From Octopus vulgaris (lineage: Eukaryota), in NCBI GenBank assembly GCA_951406725.2, contig OX597843.1, positions 10,416,001 to 10,480,000 on the forward strand: DNA of 64,000 nt, read 5' to 3'. Of the stretch, positions 1-14,170 are shown piece by piece (the stretch's first letter is position 1; every line of letters begins with the position of its first letter). Made by a program: the position numbers and the translations under genes. The notes beneath the pieces were generated by a model. It ran no database searches and was not told the DNA's origin. It saw nothing but the letters and a program-made list of their open reading frames with translations.

Positions 1-811
1 CAGAAGTAATAAGCACTGAAAAGTGGAGTTTGCGTTATTATTTTTGTTTCATAGTTTACAATTATTTCTACAAATTCATTTTGACTTATCTTCAATCATG
101 TTTATAAACGCGACCGCTGTGCCGTCCACTATAAACATTGATTAATGTCCTATATTTAAGCGATAGACAAACACTTCAGCATATTATTTTTTGTAGAGAG
201 TTGCGAGAGATCATTTCTATGAACTGGGTATCTGTACAACGGATTTTTTACATTTTTTACATTGGACGGATATTTGTCCTCATCTTGTTTGTTGCTACCA
301 CAAAATTTCGGCTGATTTACTCTCCAGCCTTCATCAGGTGTCCTGGTAGAATTTTGAATCCAACCCTAAGTTCTAAGGTGCCACGCAATGTGAATGAACC
401 CGAAACTATGTGGCTGGTATGGCCGGTCAGGGAGTCACCTTTGCTTTCGCGCCTTTTACGTTCTTAGCCGTGGGAGACGTCTATATTGCTAAGAGTATAA
501 AAAGTGTGAAACCAATGGTAACGTCCTGACTGGTCGTAAACCACAACTACATTAGATATTACTACGATATATCTAAAAAAACATTTACTTGTCTCAGTCA
601 TTCGACATATTCTATCGGTTAATTTCGTCGAACTTCTAAGTTGCGGGGATGGAAAGGAAGTCAACAAGCGGTTGTCTGGGACAAGCACGAAGCTAGCCCC
701 CTCCGGCCCACAAACACGTATATACGACGGGCTTTTTTCAGTTTCCATCGTCCAAATCTATTTGACCTAGTGACCAGGCACCAAACTTCTTGTCACACAG
801 TCACTCCTACG

Positions 812-858
<47 letters not shown>

Positions 859-1497
859 GCACGTCCCCGTAGCTTAGCGTTTTGGAAAAAGAAACCGATA
901 GAATAAGTGCTAGGGTTCCAAAGAGTAAGTCCTGGGGTCGATTTCTATAACTAAAAAACCTTCAAACTCTGCTTGTTGTTCTTTCACCTGTCTTCGTCGT
1001 TTGTTTTCTGTAAATTTGAACTACACACACACACACACGCGCGCGCGCACACACACACACACACTCACACACACACACACGCACACATACACACGCACAC
1101 ACATATATATATAGGTAAAAGATTAATGAGTGCGTGCGTTACATAAATAATATCTTCAGGATTAAATAAAAAGACAACAAACGGAAAATATGACATATCT
1201 ATATATATATAATTAAAAATAAACGTATTGTAAATAAACAAACGAACACATACTAAATGCACAGGCGCACAGAAAACACACAAGGTCACAAATTCTTCAT
1301 CAGTTATCAGCAAGAGGAGTCAAACGCAATTTCGGGCATTATCGATACTATTGTTTCTTTCGCTGTTCGCAAAAAAGTTCGTATTCCATATTTTCGTATT
1401 TCGTATTTCCTGTTGTTTACCTTCTGTGACGTCCTGAACCCATATATGCATATGTATATACATATATATGTAAGTATATACATACACGCATACATAC

Positions 1498-1551
<54 letters not shown>

Positions 1552-1805
1552 GACATTATCTATAAACATTACAATTGTTTCGACACATTTTTACACTTGT
1601 TCATTGGTGAGATGTTGTGTAATCATTATCACCAATTCAAGGTGTGAAATGCACCTTCTTTGAGTAAGACTTTATACGAGCTTTATATAGCATACCACAA
1701 GGGTTTTACACGTATATTTACTCGCGTATGTGTGTATATGTATAAAAGCGGAGCAAGAGTACACACGAAGACAGAAAGTCAAATGACTGTAACAAATAAA
1801 AGAAT

Positions 1806-1863
<58 letters not shown>

Positions 1864-1864
<1 letters not shown>

Positions 1865-2260
1865 TAGCAGTGTCGCCCGGCGTTGCTCGGGTTTGTAAGG
1901 GAAATAACTATATAAGCATTTTTTGAGATGTAAAGTATAATAGCCATCTCAATATGGCTAACCACAAAGGGGGAGTGTTACTGTAGCTTTTTACATTCTG
2001 AGATTTAATAATACATTTTTAGAGAGTTACTTCCCTTATATAAACCGAGGGAAAATGCATTAAAAATGCGGAAAAAATTATGGTAATTTTTTTTAAAATC
2101 ATAAACTCATCGTAGACGTGCGCTAATACCCAGAAGGGCTCGATATGAATCACGACTATAAGATACCCGCTTTTGGTTACACTGCACCGCAAAATGAGGG
2201 AGTAGTTAGGAATCTAAATCGTAGGAGACAGACACACAACTTCACTTTTATATATAAAGA
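1864..2260 (-). mobile_element. Non-autonomous Helitron-like element
   Basis: Minus strand reads A|TC(TTTATATATAAAAG)...CCCGAGCAACGCCGGG hairpin...CTAG|T, the canonical Helitron termini. Confidence 0.7.
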
Positions 2261-2300
2261 TATATATATATATATATACACACATACACATATATATACA

Positions 2301-2418
<118 letters not shown>

Positions 2419-2534
2419 TATATAATGTAATATATAAATAAATATCTATAAATATGAATGATCCGATCTGATTACCTCATTTTTTCTAATATATAATAGC
2501 TGTACATCATCTCCAAACCTTTCAATAGATATAT

Positions 2535-2604
<70 letters not shown>

Positions 2605-3413
2605 TGTATATATATATATAAAATTTGAGGGAATATTATACATAACTTACAGGGAAAAATTCAATTTAGAAATACTAATCCAAATTTCACGAAATATAAT
2701 ATATATATATATATAAAATTAGAAAAAACCACCTTTTATCAATTCAAAATGAACAATCAAATTACGCCATCTAGAAAATTACATATAATAGAAATATTAA
2801 ATATAAAATAATAATATACCGATGATTAAGTAATGTGCAAAATAATAAATAAATCGTATATATCATGAATTGATAAAAGGTGTTTTTTTTCTAATTTATA
2901 TATATATATATACAGTCTTTTCTGTTGCTTGACCTGCTATATATCTCTCTCTTGCTGCCTTCGAAACACACTGCCACACATACATAGACGCACACACACA
3001 TACATGAAAGCAATTTCTCACACTCAAACACTCTAGCACTCATTCTTAAAATAATTCAAATATAAACACCAGTCATACAGAATACATTCACACTCTTTGA
3101 TTTTCCTGTACCCCCCTTCTCCTAACCGGATTCTGACCTTGAACTATCTTAACGGACATTCTCGTCTGCTTTCACCCAGCCTGGCGTCAACGCATATAGA
3201 TAGATAGTTTGTGCCATTTATTCCATGGGCTCCTCGTGAGCGTTTGTGAAAAGCTTGCTGTGCATTTTGTTGGAGAATTAAGTTCCTGGATTTTCCTGAA
3301 GAGAAGGCTGCAAAATGGACTCCTTATTCAATCCGAATTAGGGACTTTGCAGCCTTTGAAACATATGTAGAAAATAATAAAAAGGAATTTTGTTAAATCT
3401 TCGTTTCTTCCTA

Positions 3414-3489
<76 letters not shown>

Positions 3490-4546
3490 TACACACATGT
3501 GAGTGAGAACACTTTGAGATATTTTTGGTATCTTACATATGTCAGATACTGCGAGCGCTGCTTCTGATTGGTCAATCCATGGTGATGACCCGAGGTCACG
3601 GTGACAACGCTGCTTCTGATTGGTTTGCGTTATTAAATTATTGAGTTTGCGTTATTATTTTTGTTTCATAGTTTACAATTATTTCTACAAATTCATTTTG
3701 ACTTATCTTCAATCATGTTTATAAACGTGACCGCTGTGCCGTCCACTATAAACATTGATTAATGTCCTATATTTAAGCGATAGACAAACACTTCAGCATA
3801 TTATTTTTTGTAGAGAGTTGCGAGGGATCATTTCTATGAACGGGGTATCTGTACAACGGATATGACTACATCATTAATTGTGGAGTCGTTTAAAAACACG
3901 ATGCAAGATTAAGTCAACATGGAATTTTTGAAACAATCATAAATTGTTCTATATTTTAGAGATGAGGAATTCTGTACAATATTTACATTTTTTACATTGG
4001 ACGGATATTTGTCCTCATCTTGTTTGTTGCTACCACAAAATTTCGGTTGATTTACTTTCCAGCCTTCATCAGGTGTCCTGGTAGAATTTTGAATCCAACC
4101 CTAGGTTCTAAGGTGCCACGCAATGTGAATGAACCCGAAACTATGTGGCTGGTATGGCCGGTCAGGGAGTCACCTTTGCTTTCGCGCCTTTTACGTTCTT
4201 AGCCGTGGGAGACGTCTATATTGCTAAGAGTATAAAAAGTGTGAAACCAATGGTAACGTCCTGACTGGTCGTAAACCACAACTACATTAGATATTACTAC
4301 GATATATCTAAAAAAACATTTACTTGTCTCAGTCATTCGACATAATCTATCGGTTAATTTCGTCGAACTTCTAAGTTGCGGGGATGGAAAGGAAGTCAAC
4401 AAGCGGTTGTCTGGGACAAGCACGAAGCTAGCCCCCTCCGGCCCACAAACACGTATATACGACGGGCTTTTTTCAGTTTCCATCGTCCAAATCTATTTGA
4501 CCTAGTGACCAGGCACCAAACTTCTTGTCACACAGTCACTCCTACG

Positions 4547-4615
<69 letters not shown>

Positions 4616-5252
4616 ATATATGCACGTCCCTGTAGCTTAGCGTTTTGGAAAAAGAAACCGATAGAATAAGTGCTAGGGTTCCAAAGAGTAAGTCCTGGGG
4701 TCGATTTCTATAACTAAAAAACCTTCAAACTCTGCTTGTTGTTCTTTCACCTGTCTTCGTCGTTTGTTTTCTGTAAATTTGAACTACACACACACACACG
4801 CGCGCGCGCACACACACACACACACACTCACACACACACACACGCACACATACACACGCACACACATATATATATATAGGTAAAAGATTAATGAGTGCGT
4901 GCGTTACATAAATAATATCTTCAGGATTAAATAAAAAGACAACAAACGGAAAATATGACATATCTATATATATATAATTAAAAATAAACGTATTGTAAAT
5001 AAACAACCGAACACATACTAAATGCACAGGCGCACAGAAAACACACAAGGTCACAAATTCTTCATCAGTTATCAGCAAGAGGAGTCAAACGCAATTTCGG
5101 GCATTATCGATACTATTGTTTCTTTCGCTGTTCGCAAAAAAGTTCGTATTCCATATTTTCGTATTTCGTATTTCCTGTTGTTTACCTTCTGTGACGTCCT
5201 GAACCCATATATGCATATGTATATACATATATATGTAAGTATATACATACAC

Positions 5253-5360
<108 letters not shown>

Positions 5361-5618
5361 CATTATCTATAAACATTACAATTGTTTCGACACATTTTTA
5401 CACTTGTTCATTGGTGAGATGTTGTGTAATCATTATCACCAATTCAAGGTGTGAAATGCACCTTCTTTGAGTAAGACTTTATACGAGCTTTATATAGCAT
5501 ACCACAAGGGTTTTACACGTATATTTACTCGCGTATGTGTGTATATGTATAAAAGCGGAGCAAGAGTACACACGAAGACAGAAAGTCAAATGACTGTAAC
5601 AAATAAAAGAATAAAAGA

Positions 5619-5655
<37 letters not shown>

Positions 5656-5656
<1 letters not shown>

Positions 5657-6051
5657 TAGCAGTGTCGCCCGGCGTTGCTCGGGTTTGTAAGGGAAATAAC
5701 TATATAAGCATTTTTTGAGATGTAAAGTATAATAGCCATCTCAATATGGCTAACCACAAAGGGGGAGTGTTACTGTAGCTTTTTACATTCTGAGATTTAA
5801 TAATACATTTTTAGAGAGTTACTTCCCTTATATAAACCGAGGGAAAATGCATTAAAAATGCGGAAAAAATTATGGTAATTTTTTTAAAATCATAAACTCA
5901 TCGTAGACGTGCGCTAATACCCAGAAGGGCTCGATATGAATCACGACTATAAGATACCCGCTTTTGGTTACACTGCACCGCAAAATGAGGGAGTAGTTAG
6001 GAATTTAAATCGTAGGAGACAGACACACAACTTCACTTTTATATATAAAGA
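5656..6051 (-). mobile_element. Non-autonomous Helitron-like element (duplicate of 1864-2260)
   Basis: Same termini and body, carried inside the tandem duplication. Confidence 0.7.
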
Positions 6052-6086
6052 TATATATATATATATATACACACATACACATATAT

Positions 6087-6210
<124 letters not shown>

Positions 6211-6314
6211 TATATAATGTAATATATAAATAAATATCTATAAATATGAATGATCCGATCTGATTACCTCATTTTTTCTAATATATAATAGCTGTACATC
6301 ATCTCCAAACCTTT

Positions 6315-6390
<76 letters not shown>

Positions 6391-7213
6391 TATATATACA
6401 GTGTATATATATATATAAAATTTGAGGGAATATTATACATAACTTACAGGGAAAAATTCAATTTAGAAATACTAATTCAAATTTCACGAAATATAATATA
6501 TATATATATATAAAATTAGAAAAAACCACCTTTTATCAATTCAAAATGAACAATCAAATTACGCCATCTAGAAAATTACATATAATAGAAATATTAAATA
6601 TAAAATAATAATATACCGATGATTAAGTAATGTGCAAAATAATAAATAAATCGTATATATCATGAATTGATAAAAGGTGTTTTTTTTCTAATTTATATAT
6701 ATATATATACAGTCTTTTCTGTTGCTTGACCTGCTATATATCTCTCTCTTGCTGCCTTCGAAACACACTGCCACACATACACAGACGCACACACACATAC
6801 ATGAAAGCAATTTCTCACACTCAAACACTCTAGCACTCATTCTTAAAATAATTCAAATATAAACACCAGTCATACAGAATACATTCACACTCTTTGATTT
6901 TCCTGTACCCACCTTCTCCTAACCGGATTCTGACCTTGAACTATCTTAACGGACATTCTCGTCTGCTTTCACCCAGCCTGGCGTCAACGCATATAGATAG
7001 ATAGTTTGTGCCATTTATTCCATGGGCTCCTCGTGAGCGTTTGTGAAAAGCTTGCTGTGCATTTTGTTGGAGAATTAAGTTCCTGGATTTTCCTGAAGAG
7101 AAGGCTGCAAAATGGACTCCTTATTCAATCCGAATTAGGGACTTTGCAGCCTTTGAAACATATGTAGAAAATAATAAAAAGGAATTTTGTTAAATCTTCG
7201 TTTCTTCCTACAC

Positions 7214-7282
<69 letters not shown>

Positions 7283-8534
7283 TACACACATGTGAGTGAG
7301 AACACTTTGAGATATTTTTGGTATCTAACATATGTCAGATACTGCGAGCGCTGCTTCTGATTGGTCAATCCATGGTGATGACCCGACGTCACGGTGACGG
7401 CACTACTCTTGTCATTCATAAGTTACAACTAAACGTGAAGAATTTAGTTATTGGGTTAATAAAATATTATCGTTTATTCGTGTGTAATTAATAAAATACC
7501 AAACTCATTCCCTTGGATACCGTATTTATTACAACTCGTTTACAAGCCACTCGTTGTAATAAATACGGTATCCATAGGGAACTCGTTTGGTATTCTCTAT
7601 ATATATTCAGTCAAAGTAATGCACCTGCTTGTTATTCCTGCACCTGTCTTCGTCTTTTGTTGTTTTCTGTAAATATATCCTTTTATATATGTGTGCTGCA
7701 AGATTCTTGATGTGAAACCGTGCGTTGAAACAGATATTGTTGTATTTCGAGATAGTTATTTTTTCCCTCTTTTTGCCAAATAAACAGGCGCACTATATAA
7801 TTCCCTTTTCACTCATTTATTACTGTTCTTATTCTAATTTATGTTTATCGTCCGGAAATCTTTCGTCACACTGTCTGTGAACTCTTCGGCGACACTGGAG
7901 CACTGCCTTTAGTCGAGCAAATCGACTCTAGGGATTATTCTTTGTAAGCCTAGTACTTATTCTATCGGTCTGTTTTTGCCACACACACACACATACATAT
8001 ACACACACACACATACATATATACACATACGCACACACACTCACACACGTATACACACATACATCTTGTTGATTCTTGGGAGGGTCATTATGCCAATAAC
8101 GATATGGTTACACATCTGACCAACTTCGTAATCGATCGTTTGTTTGGTTAAACAATCAAAGTTTTATTTCTTCGTGAAAGTCCGTTCGTCGCTATTTTTC
8201 GCGACCTTTTCAATAGCTTGTCCTTTCTCTTCAACGTCTGCCCTGAAATTTGGCCGCGAATTAATCTTATGTCTGCGTGCATGCATGCCTTTCTATGTGT
8301 GTGTAGATGTGTGTTTGCTTAGAAGAATAAGGGTGAGAGGAAAGGAGATTATGTGCGTGCGTGCGAGTGTGTATGTGTGTGTGTGTGTGTGCGTGCGTAT
8401 GTGTGTGGTTGTGTGTACACTCGTGTGACTACTTGCATGTGTATGTGTACGTGTATGTTAGTGTGTGTAGCCATCCATGACTAGGTATGTGTATGTATAA
8501 CTGTGTCTTTATACGCACATAGATTTATATGCAA

Positions 8535-8760
8535 GAGGCGGCGAGCTGGCAGAAGCGTTAGCACGCCGGGCGAAATGCTTAGCAGTATTTCGTCTACGTT
8601 CTGAGTTCAAGTTCCGCCGAGGTCGACTTTGCCTTTCATCCTCTCGGGGTCGATAAATAAAGTACCAGTTTCGCACTGGGTCGATGTAATCGACTTAATC
8701 CGTTTGTCTGTCCTTGTTTGTCCCCTCTATGTTTAGCCCCTTGTGGGTAGCAAAAGAAAT
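8535..8760 (+). mobile_element. tRNA-derived SINE type B, with Tx1-like 3' tail
   Basis: tRNA-like head (GGCGGCGAGCTGGCAGAA...GAGTTCAAGTTCC), central GCCTTTCATCCT...GGGGTCGATAAA domain, tail TTGTCCCCTCT...GCCCCTTGTGGGT..AAAAGAAAT; several copies in the window. Confidence 0.85.
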
Positions 8761-9012
8761 ATATATCATGTATATATGTGAATAGAAGCAGGCGTGACTG
8801 TGTTGTAAGCTGTTCCGGGTTCAGTCCAGCTGCGTGGCACTTTGAGCGGGTGTTTCTACTATAGCCCTGGGTCGACTAAACCCTTGTGAGTAGATTTGGT
8901 TGACGGAATCTGAAAAAGCTTGTCATATATGTGTTTATCAATATTTAGCAGAAGCAACAGAGTGACTCGGGGGCGAGAGTTTCGTTCATTGACACTTGTC
9001 AAACTACACACA

Positions 9013-9095
<83 letters not shown>

Positions 9096-9388
9096 ACACA
9101 CACATACATATGCATGAGTGGCTGTGTGGTAAGTAGCCTGCTTACCAACTACATGGTTCTGGGTTCAGCCCCATTACGCGACGCCTTGGTCTTCTACTAG
9201 AGCCTCAGGCCAACCAAAGCCTTGTGAGTGAATTTGGTAGACGGAAACTGTGTGTGTGTTTGTGTTTGTCCCCCCGATGGTGGCATGTATATACATAATA
9301 TTATTGTTCTTTTTTGCGAAATATATAGAATTACTTTAAAGAAGTGTTCGGGTCGAAACAAGTAAAAGAATAAAAGAAAGAAAAGAAA

Positions 9389-9431
<43 letters not shown>

Positions 9432-9496
9432 TTTTTACTTTTATATACATATTTATATTTATTGCATATCTTTTACTTTTTTATATTTATATATAA

Positions 9497-10785
9497 CTAG
9501 CAGAGATACCCGGCGTTACCCGATTACATTCAATTGGAGAATTAGACTTTTCTGTTATATCTTCTGTGATGAACTGGAATATCTATGTTTCGAATTTCAT
9601 CAAAATTGCAGATGAGGGTTATTTCAATCTTTACACACCCTAAAAAATTGTAATCGTGCCACATGTATCCCATAATCCTGATTTTTATGCGCATATTCCA
9701 AAATTCCAGTCTTATTTAACTTGTTAAAAAGATTTTGTTCCTGAAAAATGAAGGTCATGGAGCTCTAAAATGTGAGAGTTAAGGCCCCTGTTGGGGGTGG
9801 GCATCTTAATGTCAACCAGAGAAGTTGAATTGTTGAAAATCTTTTTAACTTGGGTCTTATATCTATTGTTTGAATTTCTTTGAAATAGGAAATATATGTT
9901 CACTGGGTTTGTAAAAGAGAGCAAAGCTACAGGAAACCAAAAGACGAATGATCACAATAAGCAGTCAGTTACCCTACCCTAGTCGTTACCACTCCTAATG
10001 TAGGATTCCTCACCATCCTGGTGACAGGCACAGCCGTAAGATGCATTACAAATCTATAGCAATTGGAAGGGCGTGACCCAACTGAAATCAACATTAACAA
10101 CTGTTTGACGTGAGAGCTAAGGAGAAATGAAAGTGTCACCTCTGTAGTTTGCAAATGACCACTATACCGATACGTAACTGGACAGAATAAATTTAAAATC
10201 TATAAATGTCTTCGAATAACCAGTCACTCATCTGGGAAGGCCTTGAAATCAATGTTACCATCTGGGGACTATGTGTGACCGAGTGATAATAAAAAGACTG
10301 AAAGGAGGTCTGCAATCAAATAAATTTTACTCTACACTTTGCAACTGAATCAGTGGAGGCAAAGATGCCTCTCATTTACTTGACAATTTATGCAGTGTGT
10401 ATGTCAAAGCAAACTGTTACACTGTTGTACCATTGAATTACAAATAATGCTCATCTTTTATGCTCAGGTAACCCTACAGCTTCCAAGAGCACAACTGTAT
10501 TCATTTTTGCTTAGATAAAATGACAAAATTGTAGTTGTTAAGTCCCCATGGAGGGGTCTTTCTAACTTTGTAAGATGAAATTTTATAGATATTACTTCAT
10601 TTGTGTCTAATGTCTATGGTTAAAATTTCACCAACAGGAAAAATATATGAATTGTCATGGGTGTTATGGCCCTTATGCATAGAATATAATTTCCAAATTT
10701 CATAAAGATCCATTCAGTACTTTTGACCAAGTTTTGGATCATAAAAGAAATTACTAAAATTTGGGATTTAAGGCTCCCATTAGGG

Positions 10786-10856
<71 letters not shown>
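9497..10856 (-). mobile_element. Probable non-autonomous Helitron-like element
   Basis: CTAG end with adjacent CCCGGCGTTACCCG hairpin similar to the 1864 element; far end inferred from TTTTATATA..TAGA. Confidence 0.5.
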
Positions 10857-11146
10857 TACACACACACATGCACACATACAAAGATAAATTGATAGATACA
10901 ACTGAGTGAGCAAACAAAAATATGAGACACAGCCTAGTGCTTTTTTATGTTGATAAGCCTAGTACTTACTCTATTAGTTTGTTCTTGTGAAACCAGTAAG
11001 TTATGTGGATGTAAATAAGTGAACAGCAGTTGTGAAGCAGTGATGAGGGCGAAACACAGAGACAAAGACACACACATACACTTACATATATACATACATA
11101 TATATACGATTTATTTGTTACAGTTCCTGTCTACGAAATCCATATA

Positions 11147-12840
11147 TATTGTTGTTGGCATCCTTTTTGTCTCGGGAGACAATGGAGTGGCGCATAAAAT
11201 AATCTTGTCCGGCTTTTACATTTCATGTCCTAATACATCTCTTGCTGTGGCTGTGTAGTCCTATCCGGGACAAACACTCCCTCTGGCAGGTGCCGTAAAT
11301 GTAGCGAAGACTTTGCCTGACTGGTTGTAATGTCATAGTTTCTTGTTGACGTATTTTCTTGTCTTTCCATTTCTCCTTTCTCACTATGTCACTCCTTTGT
11401 GTTCCCTCTTTCACGGTACGTCGCCAATCTCCACGGTTGCTGGCAACTGCTTCCCAGTTGGTAATATTGATGTTGTAGGCATTCATGTCCCTTTTGCAAA
11501 CATCCTTGTATCGTAAGAACGGTCTTCCCACAGACCTAGTGCCCCTAGCAAGCTCTCCGTTGAGTATGTCCTTGGGGATTCTGCCATCTTCCATACGGCT
11601 AACATGTCCAAGCCATCTCATACGTCTTTGTGTGAAGAGTGCAAACATGCTTGGTATTCCTGCTTGCTTGAGGACATCTTTGTTAGGGACATGATTCTGC
11701 CATTTGATGCGATGGATTTTCCGGAGACAGCGCAGGTGAAAGATATTTAGGCGACGTATGGCGTCGTATGGCGTCGTATGGCGTGTGTATGGCGTCAAAG
11801 TCATACAGTAGAGTGCTAAGTACACATGCCTAGTAAATCTTCATTTTTGTGGTCTTGGTCAGCTTATTGTTGTCCCATGCGCGTTTGGTGAGTTGGGCCA
11901 TCACAGCAGCTGCCTTGCCAATGCGTATATTGAGCTCAGCATCAAGGGATAGGTTGTAGGTGACGGTAGAGCCAAGATAGGTAAACTTCTCCACCTCCTA
12001 TGATCTGTGGTTTCCAATATGTATGTTTGGGATGTCCGATGTAGCCTGACCCATGATGTTGGTCTTCTTGAGGCTGATAACTAAGCCAAAGTTGCCAAAT
12101 GCTTGCTCAAAACAGTTGCTGTGCCTTCGTAGGGCTTCTTCTGTGTGTGATACCAGAGCGGCATCATCAGCAAATAGCATCTCCTTGATCAGGATCCTTC
12201 TGAAATTTTGGTCTTGGCACGCAGACGCGAGAGATTGAACAGTTCCCCATCACTTCTACTGTGCAGAAACACTCCATCATCTGATGTCTCAAAGGCATGT
12301 GACAGCAGCAGCGTGAAGAAGATGCCAAATAATGTAGGAGCAAGGACACAACATTGCTCTACCCCATTTTTTATTTGGAAGGCGGCTGATGTTGAACCAT
12401 TGTGCTGTATGGTGCCTTGCATATTAGCATGGAATGATTTTATGATCCTCAGCAGCTTTGGTGGACATCCGATTTTTTGGAGCAGGATGAAGAGGCCTTT
12501 TCTACTTACCAAGTCAAAGCCCTTTGTCAGATCAATGAAGGCCATATATAATGGCATGTTCTGCTCTCTGGACTTCTGAAGTTGGCGTATGGAGAATATC
12601 ATGTCAATAGTTGATCTGCTTCTAAAGCCACACTGCGATTCTGGATAAATTCGAGAAGCAATTAGTTGCAGCCTGGACAGGATAATGCAAGCAGAGGCCA
12701 TTCCAACTGTGCTTAGAAGAGATATTCCACGGTAATTGTTACAATCATCACGGTCACTTTTATTTTTGTAAAGCGTAATGATGTTAGCATCCCGCATATT
12801 CTGAGGGACTGTACCCTCTTACCTGCACTGACACAGAAGT
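11147..12840 (-). pseudogene. Decayed, 5'-truncated RTE-clade LINE (RT and C-terminal region)
   Basis: Frameshifted pieces: MRDANIITLYKNK..NNYRGISLLS, PESQCGFR, FIDLTKGFD, MLFADDAAL, WLGHVSRMEDGRIPKDIL, SRIGLHSH; short 3' UTR with hairpin and CAA-repeat tail. Confidence 0.92.
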
Positions 12841-14170
12841 AGCCAAGACCTGGTCTAGGCGGTGGCTATCCTTGAAAGGGAGGGCGGAGGTGGCCAATGT
12901 GTTTATCGCATCGGTTATCATCTACCGCCTTTCCGTCGTTCCATGCCCTGATTCGTGGTTGACCAAGTTGGAAAGACAGCTCTTCTACTTCCTGTGGAAG
13001 GGCAGGAAACCACTTGTGAAACGCTCTACTTGCTGTCAACAACCGTTAAAGGGTGGGCTAGGGATGCCTTGGCTGATGATGCGCAGACATGCGCTGAGGT
13101 TAAGACATCTGTGGCTCTACCTGGATGGTGAACGGGTGTGGTCTCCGTTAGCAAAACTGATGTTTCCCAAGTTCACTAGTTTCGGTGGATGGGAAACCTG
13201 GTTGAATCGTAGATCGAAACTCGGTACATGGTATACGGAGTGTCGAAAGGCCCTCCTGCTATTCCGTCGCTCGGGCAACGCCTGCGGTGGGGGTTCCACC
13301 ACATTCTTCTATAGAGGGTTGGTAGAGGCGGAATGTGAAGACACCTTGGGGAAACCCTGGGTCTCGACGATAATCAGCTGGCTAGTCTGTTCCGACGTAC
13401 GTTCGGGCCGAAGACTCTGGACAACTTCCAGAAGTCTCTGGCATGGCAATGCTACAGAGGAGCTCTACCTGTTCGGGATAAACTCGCAAGGCACGGTGGC
13501 CAAGACAGTCCGATGTGTCCAAGATGCGGGCGGGATAGGGAAACCGTCCCGCACGCTATTGTTCATTGTTCGGACGTGTCTGAGGTGTGGGTTTATGCCG
13601 AACAGCTGTTGTCAAGCACACGAAGAGTACAGCTGTCGACTGAGTGTATTAAAAAAAATTGACCCACCAGATTTCCTCGCGAAAGAAGGTAAGACTTGTT
13701 TTCTCGTTGTGGTAGCAATTGCGAAGGAGGTGATATGGAAGACGAGAATGAAAGGTATACGGTCAGGCAAGTTCATATCCGGCCCTGGGTTGATGAACTA
13801 CTTCATCTACCACCTGAAAAGGAAGATAGGGCTGGAGAGAAAATGCCTGACTAAAAGAGTGTATGAAGAACGATGGAAGGATGTAGCACGGAAGTTGAGA
13901 ATGGATGACACCATATAAATGTAGATCAAAACGAAACCAAAAGTATCAGTGGTGAGGCGGGGCTCGTGGGGTCCGAGCTGAACCCGCCCCCACTCCACCT
14001 GTAGTGTCTTCCGGTCTGTTTTTTCTCATTCGATTTTTATAATTTTTGCAATTTTTGTAAATTTTTGAAATTTTTAAACTCATACTTTTGTAACCTCATA
14101 CGTGAATCTGACCCCACATCAGGTTGTATTGTCCCCTCTTTGTTGGCCCCTTGTGGGTAATAATAAAAGA
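12838..14170 (+). mobile_element. Tx1-like element copy 0, 5'-truncated (3' part of ORF2 plus 3' UTR)
   Basis: Matches the full copies from AGTAGCCAAGACC onward; ORF2 stop at 13918; two compensating homopolymer indels. Confidence 0.95.
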
